Of a stretch of 64,000 nt of DNA, positions 53,539-64,000 are shown one piece after another (the stretch's first letter is position 1; each line of letters opens with the position of its first letter). The translations under genes were made by a program, and so were the position numbers. Under the pieces are notes generated by a model, which was given only the letters and a program-made list of their open reading frames with translations, was not told the DNA's origin and did not search any database. The stretch comes from Minisyncoccota bacterium (GTDB taxonomy: Bacteria > Patescibacteriota > Minisyncoccia > Phycocordibacterales > SBAW01): NCBI GenBank assembly GCA_035546575.1, contig DASZWN010000003.1, forward strand, positions 1,530 to 65,529. The letters run 5' to 3'.

Positions 53539-54972
53539 ATGGCTGAGTATCGACTGACGGTGGGGCTCGAGGTGCACGCTGAGCTCAAGACCAAAACCAA
53601 AATGTTCTGCGCCTGCCTTAATAACGCAGACGAGAAAGTGCCCAACAAAAATATCTGTCCGGTGTGTATGGCGCACCCGGGCACGCTCCCGGTCATAAAC
53701 CGCGAGGCGGTACACAAAGTGTTGCTTGTTGGCGCGGCCGTAGGTGGTACACTCGCCGATTTTACCGAGTTCGACCGCAAAAACTATTTTTACCCAGATA
53801 TCCCTAAGGGCTACCAGATAAGCCAGTATAAGTATCCGCTCGTCTCGGGGGGGAATCTCGCTGGGGTTGAGCTTACCCGCATACATCTCGAGGAGGATAC
53901 CGCTCGCTCACAGCACTCAGGCGATAAATCTCTTGTGGACTACAATCGCGCCGGCGTGCCGCTCATGGAGCTCGTTACCGAGCCGGTTATCCACGACGCA
54001 GCTACAGCTGGCCGCTTTGCCAAGGAGTTACAGCTCCTTCTCCGTACACTTGGGGCAGGGGAGGCAAACATGGAGAAGGGCGAGATGCGCGTTGAAGCCA
54101 ACATTTCAATCGCACCCGCGAGCGATGCGATTGAGATCAATCAAAAAGACCATAAGCCTGTCTTGGGCACAAAAGTAGAAGTAAAAAACCTCAACTCATT
54201 CCGCTCGGTTGAGCGCGCTATTGCATACGAGTTTACTCGTCAGAGCAAGCTGCTCGACAAAGGCGAGAAGGTGGCGCAAGAGACGCGCGGATGGGATGAG
54301 GCAAAGCAAGAGACATTTAGCCAGCGCAAAAAAGAGAGCAGTCATGACTACCGCTACTTCCCGGACCCGGATTTGCCCAAACTCAAAATCTCGGAGATTG
54401 CCGAGTTCTCGGTAGAGAATTTGAAAAAAGAATTGCCAGAGTTGCCCTGGGTTGCGCGCGAGCGTTATATTGCTGAGGGTATTAACCCGGAGTACGCGGA
54501 GATGTTTGTATCAGACTTACGCTACGCAGGGCTTTTTGAGGGAGCATCTCGCGCGGCTCCTGAGGCGAAAAAACTACTCTCTAATTATCTCGGCTCAGAC
54601 ATTGTTGGGCTTGAATCCAAATTCGGCTCCGAGGGACTTCTCAACATTACTGTTGAGGGTCTGAGTGCAATTGTTGCCGCATCTATGCGCGGCGAAATCT
54701 CCTCGCGCGGCGTTAAAGAATCGCTCGCAGAAGTGTATGAGAAAGGGGGTGATCTTGTGCAGGTTTCTAAAAAGTATGCACAGCAAAGTGATGCCGGAGC
54801 GCTTACTGAAATTGCAAAGAAAGTGATAGACGCAAATCCGAGCGTCGCTGCCGACTACAAGGCGGGCAAAGAAGCTGCAATGCAATTTCTAGTAGGGCAG
54901 GGTATGAAGGAGAGTAAAGGATCGGCAAACCCGGCGGCCCTTCGCGAGGCGCTCCAAAAGGCTCTCCTCTAG
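53539..54972 (+). CDS. gatB: Aspartyl/glutamyl-tRNA(Asn/Gln) amidotransferase subunit B
   Basis: GLEVHAEL, Zn-binding CxxC...CPVC, NRAGVPLMELVTEP, and a C-terminal GatB/YqeY domain. Confidence 0.9.
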   Translation: MAEYRLTVGLEVHAELKTKTKMFCACLNNADEKVPNKNICPVCMAHPGTLPVINREAVHKVLLVGAAVGGTLADFTEFDRKNYFYPDIPKGYQISQYKYPLVSGGNLAGVELTRIHLEEDTARSQHSGDKSLVDYNRAGVPLMELVTEPVIHDAATAGRFAKELQLLLRTLGAGEANMEKGEMRVEANISIAPASDAIEINQKDHKPVLGTKVEVKNLNSFRSVERAIAYEFTRQSKLLDKGEKVAQETRGWDEAKQETFSQRKKESSHDYRYFPDPDLPKLKISEIAEFSVENLKKELPELPWVARERYIAEGINPEYAEMFVSDLRYAGLFEGASRAAPEAKKLLSNYLGSDIVGLESKFGSEGLLNITVEGLSAIVAASMRGEISSRGVKESLAEVYEKGGDLVQVSKKYAQQSDAGALTEIAKKVIDANPSVAADYKAGKEAAMQFLVGQGMKESKGSANPAALREALQKALL

Positions 54973-55030
54973 GCCATATTTTCTACTTTTACACAGACAT
55001 CTTTCCAGCCGAGATCTGGGGAGTATACTT

Positions 55031-55909
55031 ATGATATATATGGACGAATTAGAAATCTCGGGGAAGCGGTATATCTCAACTCGCCTTGCCGCGAAAGAGC
55101 ACAAATATAATGCCGATTATATCGGCCAGATGATACGTGCCAAGAAAATTCTCGGCCAGAAGGTGGGACGCTCCTGGTATGTGGAGGAGAAGTCACTCGC
55201 AGCCTACTTTAATAAAGAGGCACCAGTGCATGTGGAAGAGGCCGTAGTGGTGGCAAAAGCTCCTGAGCCGATAACTCAAACGGCAGAAGTAGCCGAGCGC
55301 GAACCTGCTGTTGCCACAGTAGCGCGAGCAGAAGCTCCTGCCACTTCGGCTAGCGAGGAGTTGCTTGCGGCAGCCGCAAAAATCTTGGAAGCGGCAAAGA
55401 ATGTTGCAGCTCCGGTACCGGAGCACACATCAGAACCGATTGTTGAAACTAGTGCAGAAGAAAATAGCGTAGAAGAAAAAGATCCAGCGCCAGTTGAAAT
55501 AAAGACAGAAGAAGTTTTACCAGAGGTAGAGCAGGAGGTGCCTGCGCGAGACTCGATACATATTCCAATACGTGTAACGCGCCCCTCGTTTGTTGCACTA
55601 AAAAACAAAGCAGGGCTTCGATATATTGACGATGATGCTCCCGCTCTCCCGGAGGTTGTAAAAAAGACAAATCGCAGATCTAAAGTTGCGGCGACAGTTA
55701 CAGCTCCAGCGCAAGTGCAAAACGAAGAAGTGGTTATTACAGAATATGCTCCCACGCAAACGTCTGCAGGAATATTAGTGCCTGCATTTAGTATTGCAGT
55801 GCTCGGAGTAGTCGCTTTTGTTGTAGTTGCGGTAAGCTCGGTGATGGTCAACTCAAATCTACTTATCGAAGCAGGGAAGGCGGCAACAGCGTGGTACTCA
55901 CTCCAATAA
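55031..55909 (+). CDS. Tail-anchored membrane protein: N-terminal HTH_17/excisionase-like domain paralogous to the giant protein's N-terminus, Glu/Ala/Pro-rich linker, C-terminal TM
   Basis: ISTRLAAKEHKYNADYIGQMIRAKKILGQKVGRSWYVEEKSL aligns with LSARNAAKRLSCAPDYIGKLLREGKLRGSQVSGAWYVEESSI of the next gene. Hydrophobic segment ILVPAFSIAVLGVVAFVVVAV near the C-terminus. Confidence 0.55.
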   Translation: MIYMDELEISGKRYISTRLAAKEHKYNADYIGQMIRAKKILGQKVGRSWYVEEKSLAAYFNKEAPVHVEEAVVVAKAPEPITQTAEVAEREPAVATVARAEAPATSASEELLAAAAKILEAAKNVAAPVPEHTSEPIVETSAEENSVEEKDPAPVEIKTEEVLPEVEQEVPARDSIHIPIRVTRPSFVALKNKAGLRYIDDDAPALPEVVKKTNRRSKVAATVTAPAQVQNEEVVITEYAPTQTSAGILVPAFSIAVLGVVAFVVVAVSSVMVNSNLLIEAGKAATAWYSLQ

Positions 55910-55950
55910 CAGATACTCGGGATCATTTATAAGAAAAATCAAATTTGATC

Positions 55951-55980
55951 AAAATCGCCCCCATCGGGGCGATTTTTTAT
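55951..55980 (+). terminator. Rho-independent terminator
   Basis: AAAATCGCCCC-CATC-GGGGCGATTTT followed by TTAT. Confidence 0.8.
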
Positions 55981-56411
55981 ATAGGTTCAAATAATGGGGT
56001 ACTAGGCTTCGGAAAGTGTTTTTATAAGGCGCTTATACTGTCGCCAATATAGGCCTATGCAGAAAGCTCTTTTAGCCGAGATCTTGGCGAAATATCGTCT
56101 CGACGATACGATATAGCCTTTGTTTAAAACACTTCTCGTCTCGGCTAAAAATATATAAAAACTCGGATATATTTTGATAAAAATTTTATAAAATATTTTT
56201 CAAAAATTCTTTATATTTTCTGCAGAAAATATTTTTTGCGAATCTATTTTATGATGCCCTGTAATGCTATTTTGATTTTTATTTTTTTATAAAAAATATT
56301 TTTTATCCACATAAAATTCATTTTTATTTTCATATATAGATGGGTTTTAGATTAAAATATATGCATACAGGGAGCCGAACTATTTGTGCAATCTAAAGTC
56401 TTTTCGTTCTA
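55981..56411 (+). promoter_or_regulatory. About 430 bp strongly AT-rich upstream region of the giant gene, with repeated AAAATATTTT(T) palindromic motifs (near 56188, 56229 and 56293)
   Basis: Visibly far more AT-rich than the rest of the window; A/T tracts; three near-identical AAAATATTTTT palindromes. Confidence 0.5.
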
Positions 56412-59400
56412 AATGACTCCCGTTAAAAAAATTATTTCGAATACTGGCGAGCCTATGCTTTCTGCGCGCAATGCAGCTAAGCGACTTTCGTGCGCGCCCG
56501 ACTATATCGGAAAACTTTTGCGAGAGGGCAAGCTCCGAGGCTCTCAGGTGTCGGGCGCCTGGTACGTGGAGGAAAGCTCGATCCACGAGTTTGAGCTATA
56601 TCGCGCAAGCGCAAAGGCTGAACGTTCTGATGAGTTGGCACGCTTGCGCCGGGAGGAGAATCGTGCCTATCGCAAAGCACAAGGTTTGCCTAGCGTACAA
56701 AACAATATCTCGGCACAGAACCCTTCTGCTCAGCCATCTTATTTCCAATACTACTTTGCGATGCTGGCGGGCAGGAATGTTGGAATCGCGCTTGGCGGAA
56801 TCATGCTTTTTGCAGCAGTTGCTTTTGCCGGCGCTGCTGTACACCAGTCAGGATCTTTTGATACGTCAGCATCCGCACAGACTGCTGCAGCGCTTGAGCA
56901 GATAGACTCGCCGTTTTTCGGTGCTCGAACCATGAGTGTTGGAACCGGTGGCAACTCAAATGTGCTTTCAAGTTTGTTTGCGTACTTTTTTGGCGGCAAG
57001 AGTGCGGCGCCAGTTGCCGCAGCGCCGCAGCCAACTCAGTCCACTGGTCCTACTAAAAGCTCAACGTCGCTTTTTGCATCAAACACTCCGGCAGTAACTC
57101 CGGTACAAGTAACTGCGCCGGTGCAGAATGTTACGCAACCAGTTATCGAACGCACCATTGAGCACACGCTCTCGGGAGTCTCGGAAGAGGAGCTCAACAC
57201 CAAACTCAATGCGCTCCAGAATTCGATCACGAGCCAGATGTACTTGGCACTCAACTCTGCACCAGCGCCGTACTCCTCCGGCGGGCCAACAAACAATCTC
57301 GCGCTCACGCAGCGCATTGACACACTCGGCAATGTCACTATCACCGGCGCTACGATCAGCGGCTCAACAATCACCGGTTACTTGCCGCTCGGCGGCGGCA
57401 CGCTCACGGGCGCGCTCAACAACGCTACAAGTGCAACCTCAACATTTGCAGGTTCGATCGAACTCACAAGCGGCTGCTTCTCGATCAACGGCACTTGCAT
57501 CGGCATTGGCGCTGGCTTCGGCTCGGTCACTTCGGTAGATGCTTCGGGCGGCACTACAGGCCTCGTGTTTACTGGCGGTGCGATAACAACATCAGGCGTT
57601 TTGACTCTTGGCGGCGTGCTTGCAACCACAAGCGGCGGTACCGGCCTTGCAAACGGCCCTTCATACGGACAAGTGCTTGTAGGCAACGCAAACGGCGGCT
57701 ATGACCTTGTGGCAACATCGAGCCTTGGTATTGCAGGCGGTACTGGCGGTACGGGCTTTTCGACGACCTCTGCGGATTATTGGAAGACCCAGAACAACTT
57801 CTTTTCGACCTCCTCGGCGTCGTACTTTGCCTCAGCGGGTCTCGCATTTTCTACCACATCGGCGGCCTACTTCCTCTCACAACAGAATGTCAGCGGTTTC
57901 TCAACCACCTCAGCAGATTACTGGAAGACGCAAAATAATTTCTTCTCGACAACCTCAAGCAACTATGCGGTTGGTGCATACATTTCTGCATCATCAACAA
58001 TCCCGCACATTGCAGGCACTGCATTTGGCGACCTGGTGTTGTGGGACGGCACAAAGTGGATAAGCGCAGCGACATCAACACTCGGTCTCGGTGGCAGCGG
58101 CGGCGGATCGGTCACCTCGGTCAATGCATCCGGCGGCACCACGGGCCTCGTGTTTACCGGCGGACCTATAACCAACTCCGGCACGCTGACGCTCTCGGGC
58201 ACGCTTGGCATCGCAAACGGCGGTACCGGTATCACCACTACGCCGACCTTCGGTCAGATTCTTATCGGCAACAACTCGGGTACCTACAACCTGGCAGCGA
58301 CATCAACACTCGGTCTCCCAACATTTGCTGATATTGCATCGGCAACTTCAGGATTTAATAAGACATGGGAGATCGTGAACGGGTACCTCGCGCCAACTAC
58401 GACGCTCGGCATTTTGGTACATGCATCGTCAACCATCGGCGGCGGTACGCAGGGTAGCGGTCTTACCATAAGCGGCGGCGCTACTACGACCGGCACGCTC
58501 GCTGTGCTCGGTACAGGAACCTCGACGTTTGCGGGCGACATCAGTATCACCGGCAACATTGTTCCGACAGTGGCCGATACGTATACCCTCGGCACCGCGG
58601 CCTTCCCGTGGCACAGCCTCTTTGTTGGCCCTGGCTCGCTCTACGTTAACGGGCAAAAAGTGGTTTCGACCGATGGCTCCAACAACGTCGTTGTTTCTTC
58701 AGATCCTAACCAGAACCTCATTCTCAAAACCACCGGCACCGCCAACCTTGAGCTCAACCCTTCGGGCACCGGCCAAATACTTTTGAAGAACACGGTCAAT
58801 GTGACGGCGGGTAAGAGCATTACCACGACAGACCTTTCGGCGCTTTCTATCCCAAGCGGTGTTGCGGCAGGTAACATCAATGTTACCGGCAACGCCATTA
58901 CGGCAACCAACCTCAATGGCGGCATCTCGATCACCCCGAACGGCTCCGGCGGTACGTACATTACCGCAGGCAACTTTGGTGTCGGTACAACCTCGCCTAC
59001 AAATAAATTTGAGGTTAACGGCAACGAGTACATCGGCGGCAACTCCAAAGTCACCGGCTCGCTTACAATCAACACGCTCAACGGGTTGCTCAGCGCAAGC
59101 AACGGCTTGGTTTCAACTATCTCGACCTCAAGCCTCGGACTCCTCGCTTCAACCTCTATCAGCGCGACCGGCCCGCTTTCGTACAATCCTTCAACAGGCA
59201 TAATCTCGATAACACAGGCAGGCACAAGCCAAGACGGCTATCTCTCGCAAGGCGACTTCAACACCTTTAACAACAAAGTCTCATCGAGCTCTCTTGCGAC
59301 CACCATTGCTGCAGCATACCCGTTCCCGGCGGCAGGGAATGCAACAACAACGCTCACGCAGTTTAATGGCGGCGCATCCTCGACGCAGATATCTGCAGGA

Positions 59401-62400
59401 ATCGCATACTTTGGTAAAACAGCAACGACTTCTATCTCTGCAAACGGTGCGCTTACCATAGGTAATATCACCGGCTCGATCCAGTGTCTCCATGTCGATT
59501 CAACCGGCAAAGTGTCGGGCACTGGTAGCGACTGCGGTGCAGGTGGTGGCGGTGGCTCAAGCACATTTCTTGGTCTCAGCGATGTGCCGGGTACCTACAT
59601 TGCCAACCAAATCTACTACACCAATGCCACTGCCGATGGAGTGACCGCATCAAACAACTTTACGTTTGACGGTTCTACCCTCAACGTGCCGGGTGTTACT
59701 ACCAACACACTTAGCGTCTCCGGCTCGTCAACCTTCGGTACCGTTACTGCTGGTATATGGCATGGTACGGCGGTTGCAGCAAACTACGGAGGCACCGGCC
59801 TTACGTCTTACACACCGGGCGATATTATCTACGCAAACTCTGCAACAACGTTTGCACGCGTAGCGTCATCAACAGGCGGCACTATACTCCAGACGTCTCG
59901 CACAACAGGTGCGCCAACATGGGTAGCTACATCAAGCCTCGGCTTGCTCGGCTCATCGTCGCTCTCGGCGCTTGCACCACTCAGCTACAACCCATCAACC
60001 GGCGTCTTCTCGGTCTCACAGGCAAATGGATCGACCGATGGCTACCTCTCCTCGACTGACTGGGACAGCTTCAACTCGCGCATCTCTACCTCAAGCCTGG
60101 CGCTGTTTGATAAAGGATACTTCTTCTCCACAACCTCGGCGTCATACTTCCTTTCGCAACAAAACCTTCAGGCCTTTTCGACCACTTCTGCAGATTACTG
60201 GAAGACGCAGAACAATTTCTTCTCCACCACCTCGGCGTCATACTTCTCGTCTCTTGGTCTTGCGTTCTCGACCACCTCCGCAGTCAACTTTGTAAACTCC
60301 TCGACCACGATCCCGAAGACCTACTCTGCAAACACCTTTACGAATACCAACACGTTTACAGGCGGCGTTACGGTCGGCTCTCTCAACGGCCCGCTCCAGG
60401 CAAATAACGGTGTGGTAAGTGCAACCTCATCAATCGGCGTCCTCTACGGCGGCACTGGCCTTATCAGCGCTCCAAGCTATGGCAACATCTTGGTAGGGAA
60501 CTCGAGCGGCGGCTATACGCTCTCGGCAACCAGCTCGCTTGGCCTCCTCGGTTCAACCTCAGTCTCGGCAGTTGCACCGCTTGCGTACAACTCGTCGACC
60601 GGCGTCTTTTCGATCTCACAAGCAGGGACGGGCGCAAATGGATATGTATCTTCAACCGACTTCAATACCTTTAACAACAAGATCTCATCAACCTCGCTCT
60701 CGGCGACCGGTCCGCTCTCGTACAACTCGTCCACGGGAGTATTTGCGATAGCGCAGGCCGGTGTCTCTACCGACGGCTATCTCTCAACTACTGACTGGAA
60801 TTCGTTCAACAGCCGTCTTTCAACCACCACGCTCGGCCTCTTCGACAAGGGGTACTTCTTCTCCACCACCTCGGCTAACTATTATCTCTCGCAGCAGTCT
60901 ATCGTCGGCTTCTCAACCACGTCAGCTAACTACTGGTCGTCGCTTGGTCTCGGATTCTCAACAACCTCATCAAATTATTGGTCGTCGCTCGGCCTTGGCT
61001 TCTCGACCACTTCCGCAGTCAACTTTGTAAACTCCTCGACCACGATCCCGAAGACCTACTCTGCAAACACCTTTACGAATACCAACACGTTTAACGGCTC
61101 ATCTGTTTTTAACGGCTCGCTGACCTTCGGCTCGCTCACCGGCCCACTGCAAGCAGTGGGGGGCGTTGTTTCTGCAACATCGACGCTCTCGACTTTCTAC
61201 GGTGGCACTGGCACATCGACCGCGCCAGGATACGGCCAAGTATTGCTCGGCCGTCTTGATGGCGGATACGACCTTGTTGCAACCTCGTCGCTCGGTATCT
61301 CGAGCCTCGGCTCATTGTTTGCAACCTCGCCGCTCTTGTATAACTCCGGCACCGGCACATTCTCTATCCAAGATGCCGTTGCGAACGGTACTACTAAGGG
61401 AGCAGCGTCGTTTGCCGCAAGCGACTTTGACTCGGCTTCCGGGAATATCTCGATTGATTACACAAATGGTCAAAAAGCGGGCTTGGGCCAGCCGGGCTTC
61501 CTCTCCTCGACAGACTTTACGACACTCAACAACAAGATCTCTTCATCGTCGCTCTCGGGCGCATCGGTTATCAGCTACACCGGTGCAACAGGCGTTATTA
61601 CCACGCAGGCAGGAACATTCGGCGGCAACTCTTCGAGCGTATATACATTCCCAGGCGACGTCATCACCACCGGCACCGCAACGACAAGCAACCTCTACAT
61701 TATCGGGAAGATAAGCGGCGCAAACCTGACGGCCTGCTCCGGCACCTCTGACAAGCTGCTCTGGAACTCCGCAACGCAGCAATTCCAGTGCGGTACCGAC
61801 GCAGGCGCATCGGGCTCCGACGTAAACTGGACGCACTTTAACGGCTCGGGTATCCGCGTTACAACCGCAACCGACCAGGTGCTGATCGGCTTTACTTCAA
61901 CCTCAACCCTCAGCAAACTCGAAGTTGTCGGCGGTGCAACAATCGACACAGCAACAACCACTAACTTCTATAACACTGGCCTTGCAAACTTTGCTGGCAA
62001 TGTAGGCTTTGGCTCAACCTCGCCATCGCAAAAACTCAGCGTCGGTGGCGGAAATATTTTACAGACTGCCGCTAACCCGGTACTCGCGTCGTCAACGTTG
62101 GTCGGCGGGCAAACCTATGCCTCATATATCGTAGGCAATTATGCGTATGTTGCAGACCACAACGGCGGTCTCAAGATACTCGACGTTACTAACCCGGCAT
62201 CATCGACCATTGTCGGTACCTACAGCGGTATCAACGGCGCGCACAGCATTGTTGTTGCCGGCAAATACGCATACGTCGGCGACTCTTCGGCCGGACTCGT
62301 GGTGCTCGATGTCTCAAACCCGGCATCAGTCACCCAAGTCGGCGCCCTCAGCGCAGGCGCGGTCGGCCACCCGCTCTCCCTTGCGCTCTCAGGCCGCTAC

Positions 62401-64000
62401 CTTGTAGTGCCGGACTCCAACACTGCGATGGTCAATATTGTCGATGTCGGCAACCCGGCTGCTCCTACTATTGTAAGCAGCTACACGACTGGCGGTGCTG
62501 CAACAGCGGTCGCGGTGCAGGGCAAATATGCGTATATCGGCGACCAAGGAGACGGCAGCATCTATGTTGAGGACATCTCAAACCCGTATAAACCGGTAAG
62601 CGTATCGAGCCTCGGCGGTTTTGTTGGGCCACAGACTATATATATATCGGGCCGCTACGCATATGTTGCTGACATCGCAGGCGGTCTCTATATAGTAAAC
62701 ATCAGCAACCCGGCTTCGCTTTCGATCGCGGGCCAGAAGAGCGGCACCGGATACTACGGTGTCTCGGTAGCGGGCGACTACGCATATGTGGTCTCGGGTT
62801 CGGGCGGCGCGATGCAGGTCCTCGATGTCCGCGACCCGGGCAACATCACGCTTGCTGGCACTATTTCGACCGGCGGCACCGCACGCCAGGTGTTTGTTGC
62901 CGGCAAATACGCATATGTTGCGACGACAAATACAAGCTTTAAAGCTATCGATATTAACGGTGCAAAACTCCCTGCGGCGAATATCGGCTCACTCCAGAGC
63001 AATACTGCAAATATTGCCGACAATCTTAATGTCGGCGGCGAGGGTTACTTTGGCGGCGGCCTCAGTGTCGGCGCATCGGGGATACTCTCTCGCGGCGGGC
63101 TTGCTGTATTGGGCACCACGACCCTCACCGACTTTATCGGTCGCAACTCGACTACGACCAACGCGACGACAACGAGCCTCTTTGCCACTACAGCATCGTC
63201 AACCAATCTCGCAGCCCTTAACGCGCGCTTTAATAACGCAACCACCACCTCACTATATATAGGTACGCTCACCGGCCTTTTGTATGGCACTAACGGCCAG
63301 GTTGGCTCTATTGCAACCAATACCCTCGGCCTCCTCGGCTCAACCTCAATCTCTGCAACTGGGCCGCTGAGCTACAACGTCGCAACAGGCGTCTTTTCGA
63401 TAGCACAGTCAGGGACCGCACAAGACGGCTATCTCTCGCAGGGTGATTGGAATAACTTCAACAGCCGCCTCTCCACCACCACGCTCGGCCTCTTTGACAA
63501 AGGATATTTCTTCTCTACCACCTCGGCTAACTATTGGTCATCAATCGGTCTCGGCTTCTCTACTACCTCGCAGAATAACTACAGCAACCTCTTCCGCGAT
63601 TGGAGCATTGTAAACGGCGCACTCACACCGACCTCAACTAATCTCGGCATCGGCGTGTATGCAAGTTCAACCATCGGCAATGGTACTGCCAACGGTGGTC
63701 TTACTATCAATGGCGGCGCAACGACGACGGGGAATTCGCTTACTCAGGGCAACCAGGTCATCTCCGGCACTCTCACGGCAGGCAATACCACACTCGCAAA
63801 TGCAACTTCGACTAACCTTGCTCTAACAAACATCACTTCGGCACTTCTCTCGACCAACGGCAACGGCTCAATAATCCCGACCACCGTTTCTTCACCACTT
63901 TTGTTCTCTGGCAACACGCTGTCGATCCAGGCTGCCAACGGATCGCAGAACGGGTACCTTGCTTCAACTGATTGGACTACGTTCAACAACAAAATTTCTT
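56412..64000 (+). CDS. Giant Ser/Thr/Gly-rich cell-surface protein (more than 2,529 aa, 3'-truncated by the window): N-terminal HTH_17-like domain, one TM helix, long repetitive extracellular region, and 8 or more LVIVD-type beta-propeller repeats
   Basis: Continuous open frame from the ATG at 56412 to the window end, translated by hand; absent from the ORF track because it has no stop. TM is LAGRNVGIALGGIMLFAAVAFAGAAV. Recurring modules: FSTTSADYWKTQNNFFSTTSASYF and SSLGLLGSTSISATGPLSYNPSTGVFSIAQAGT.QDGYLS..D(F/W)N.FN.(K/R)(I/L)S. Near 62.1-62.9 kb, repeats of (K/R)YAYVAD..GGL.I(L/V)DVSNPAS. Confidence 0.7.
60265..60358 (+). repeat. 94-nt intragenic direct repeat, copy A
   Basis: Differs from 60998-61091 by 1 nt (ttctcgaccacCtccgcagtcaactttgtaaactcctcgaccacgatcccgaag...cacgttta). 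Confidence 0.75.
60998..61091 (+). repeat. 94-nt intragenic direct repeat, copy B
   Basis: Same as copy A with one C/T difference, 733 nt downstream. Confidence 0.75.

Noticed and set aside
56471-63992. Many 60-200-aa ORFs in other frames and strands across 56.4-64 kb, for example 56471..56905 + and 58641..59225 -
   Set aside because: They lie within the continuous frame-0 giant ORF, which has a coherent repeat architecture; alternative frames of Ser/Thr/Gly-rich repetitive DNA commonly stay open by chance.
1-64000. CRISPR arrays, rRNA genes, IS elements/transposases, integrases
   Set aside because: No spaced direct-repeat arrays, no rRNA-like conserved stretches, and no ORF with DDE-transposase or tyrosine-recombinase motifs were seen.

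Overview
This 64 kb window reads as a single, gene-dense bacterial chromosome segment, almost all on the + strand, with frequent 1–4 nt start/stop overlaps. The small-genome style, many GT4/GT-C glycosyltransferases, a lamin-tail-domain protein and a giant Ser/Thr/Gly-rich surface protein suggest a Patescibacteria/CPR-like organism, but that is inference. No rRNA, CRISPR array, transposase or integrase was seen.

Main blocks:
- **0–7 kb, housekeeping:** tRNA-Leu(CAG), murD–murI–murC, rsmI and a CapA-family protein.
- **7.3–11.4 kb, accessory-looking islet:** a tRNA-like element with a 17-nt inverted copy of its own interior, two tandem paralogous membrane-anchored proteins (DKNYY-like repeats, AT-richer), an FtsK/HerA/VirD4-superfamily P-loop ATPase with a Pro/Ala/Lys-rich tail, and an overlapping lamin-tail-domain protein.
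- **11.4–43 kb, surface-glycan locus (~31 kb) closed by murB:** SDR epimerases/dehydratases, six or more GT4 enzymes, a short UDP-sugar dehydrogenase, an ArnE/F-like small transporter, Prs divergent from a HAD-phosphatase::UbiA-prenyltransferase fusion plus an SDR, several GT-C-like polytopic membrane proteins, a formyltransferase/4,6-dehydratase/DegT aminotransferase triad, an NDP-sugar C-methyltransferase with two tandem GDP-mannose 4,6-dehydratase paralogs, a Wzx flippase and a Wzy_C(+TPR) ligase/polymerase.
- **44–55 kb:** secA, NUDIX, DUF1653, ccdA, then a compact module of unknown protein – ThiF/E1-like – β-grasp Ubl – DUF360/holin-like protein with a strong terminator; then obg, a triple-LamG secreted protein and gatB.
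- **55–64 kb:** a tail-anchored protein and a giant, window-truncated surface protein of at least 2,529 aa sharing an N-terminal HTH_17-like domain, separated by a ~450 bp strongly AT-rich region with repeated AAAATATTTT palindromes. The giant gene is absent from the ORF track because it has no stop in the window.

Other recurring signals: an identical 20-nt palindrome (CCTGCCTGCCGGTAGGCAGG) at the 3' ends of murC and murB, with a variant inside a small ORF; and at least eight genes with a TAnAnT-type -10 hexamer 6–8 nt before the start codon, consistent with leaderless mRNAs.

I rank three candidate novel systems highest: (1) the Prs / HAD::UbiA / SDR / GT-C set, a possible polyprenyl-phospho-pentose donor pathway analogous to mycobacterial decaprenyl-P-arabinose (DPA) synthesis; (2) the E1–Ubl–unknown–holin-like module; (3) the HTH-domain-bearing giant surface protein pair.
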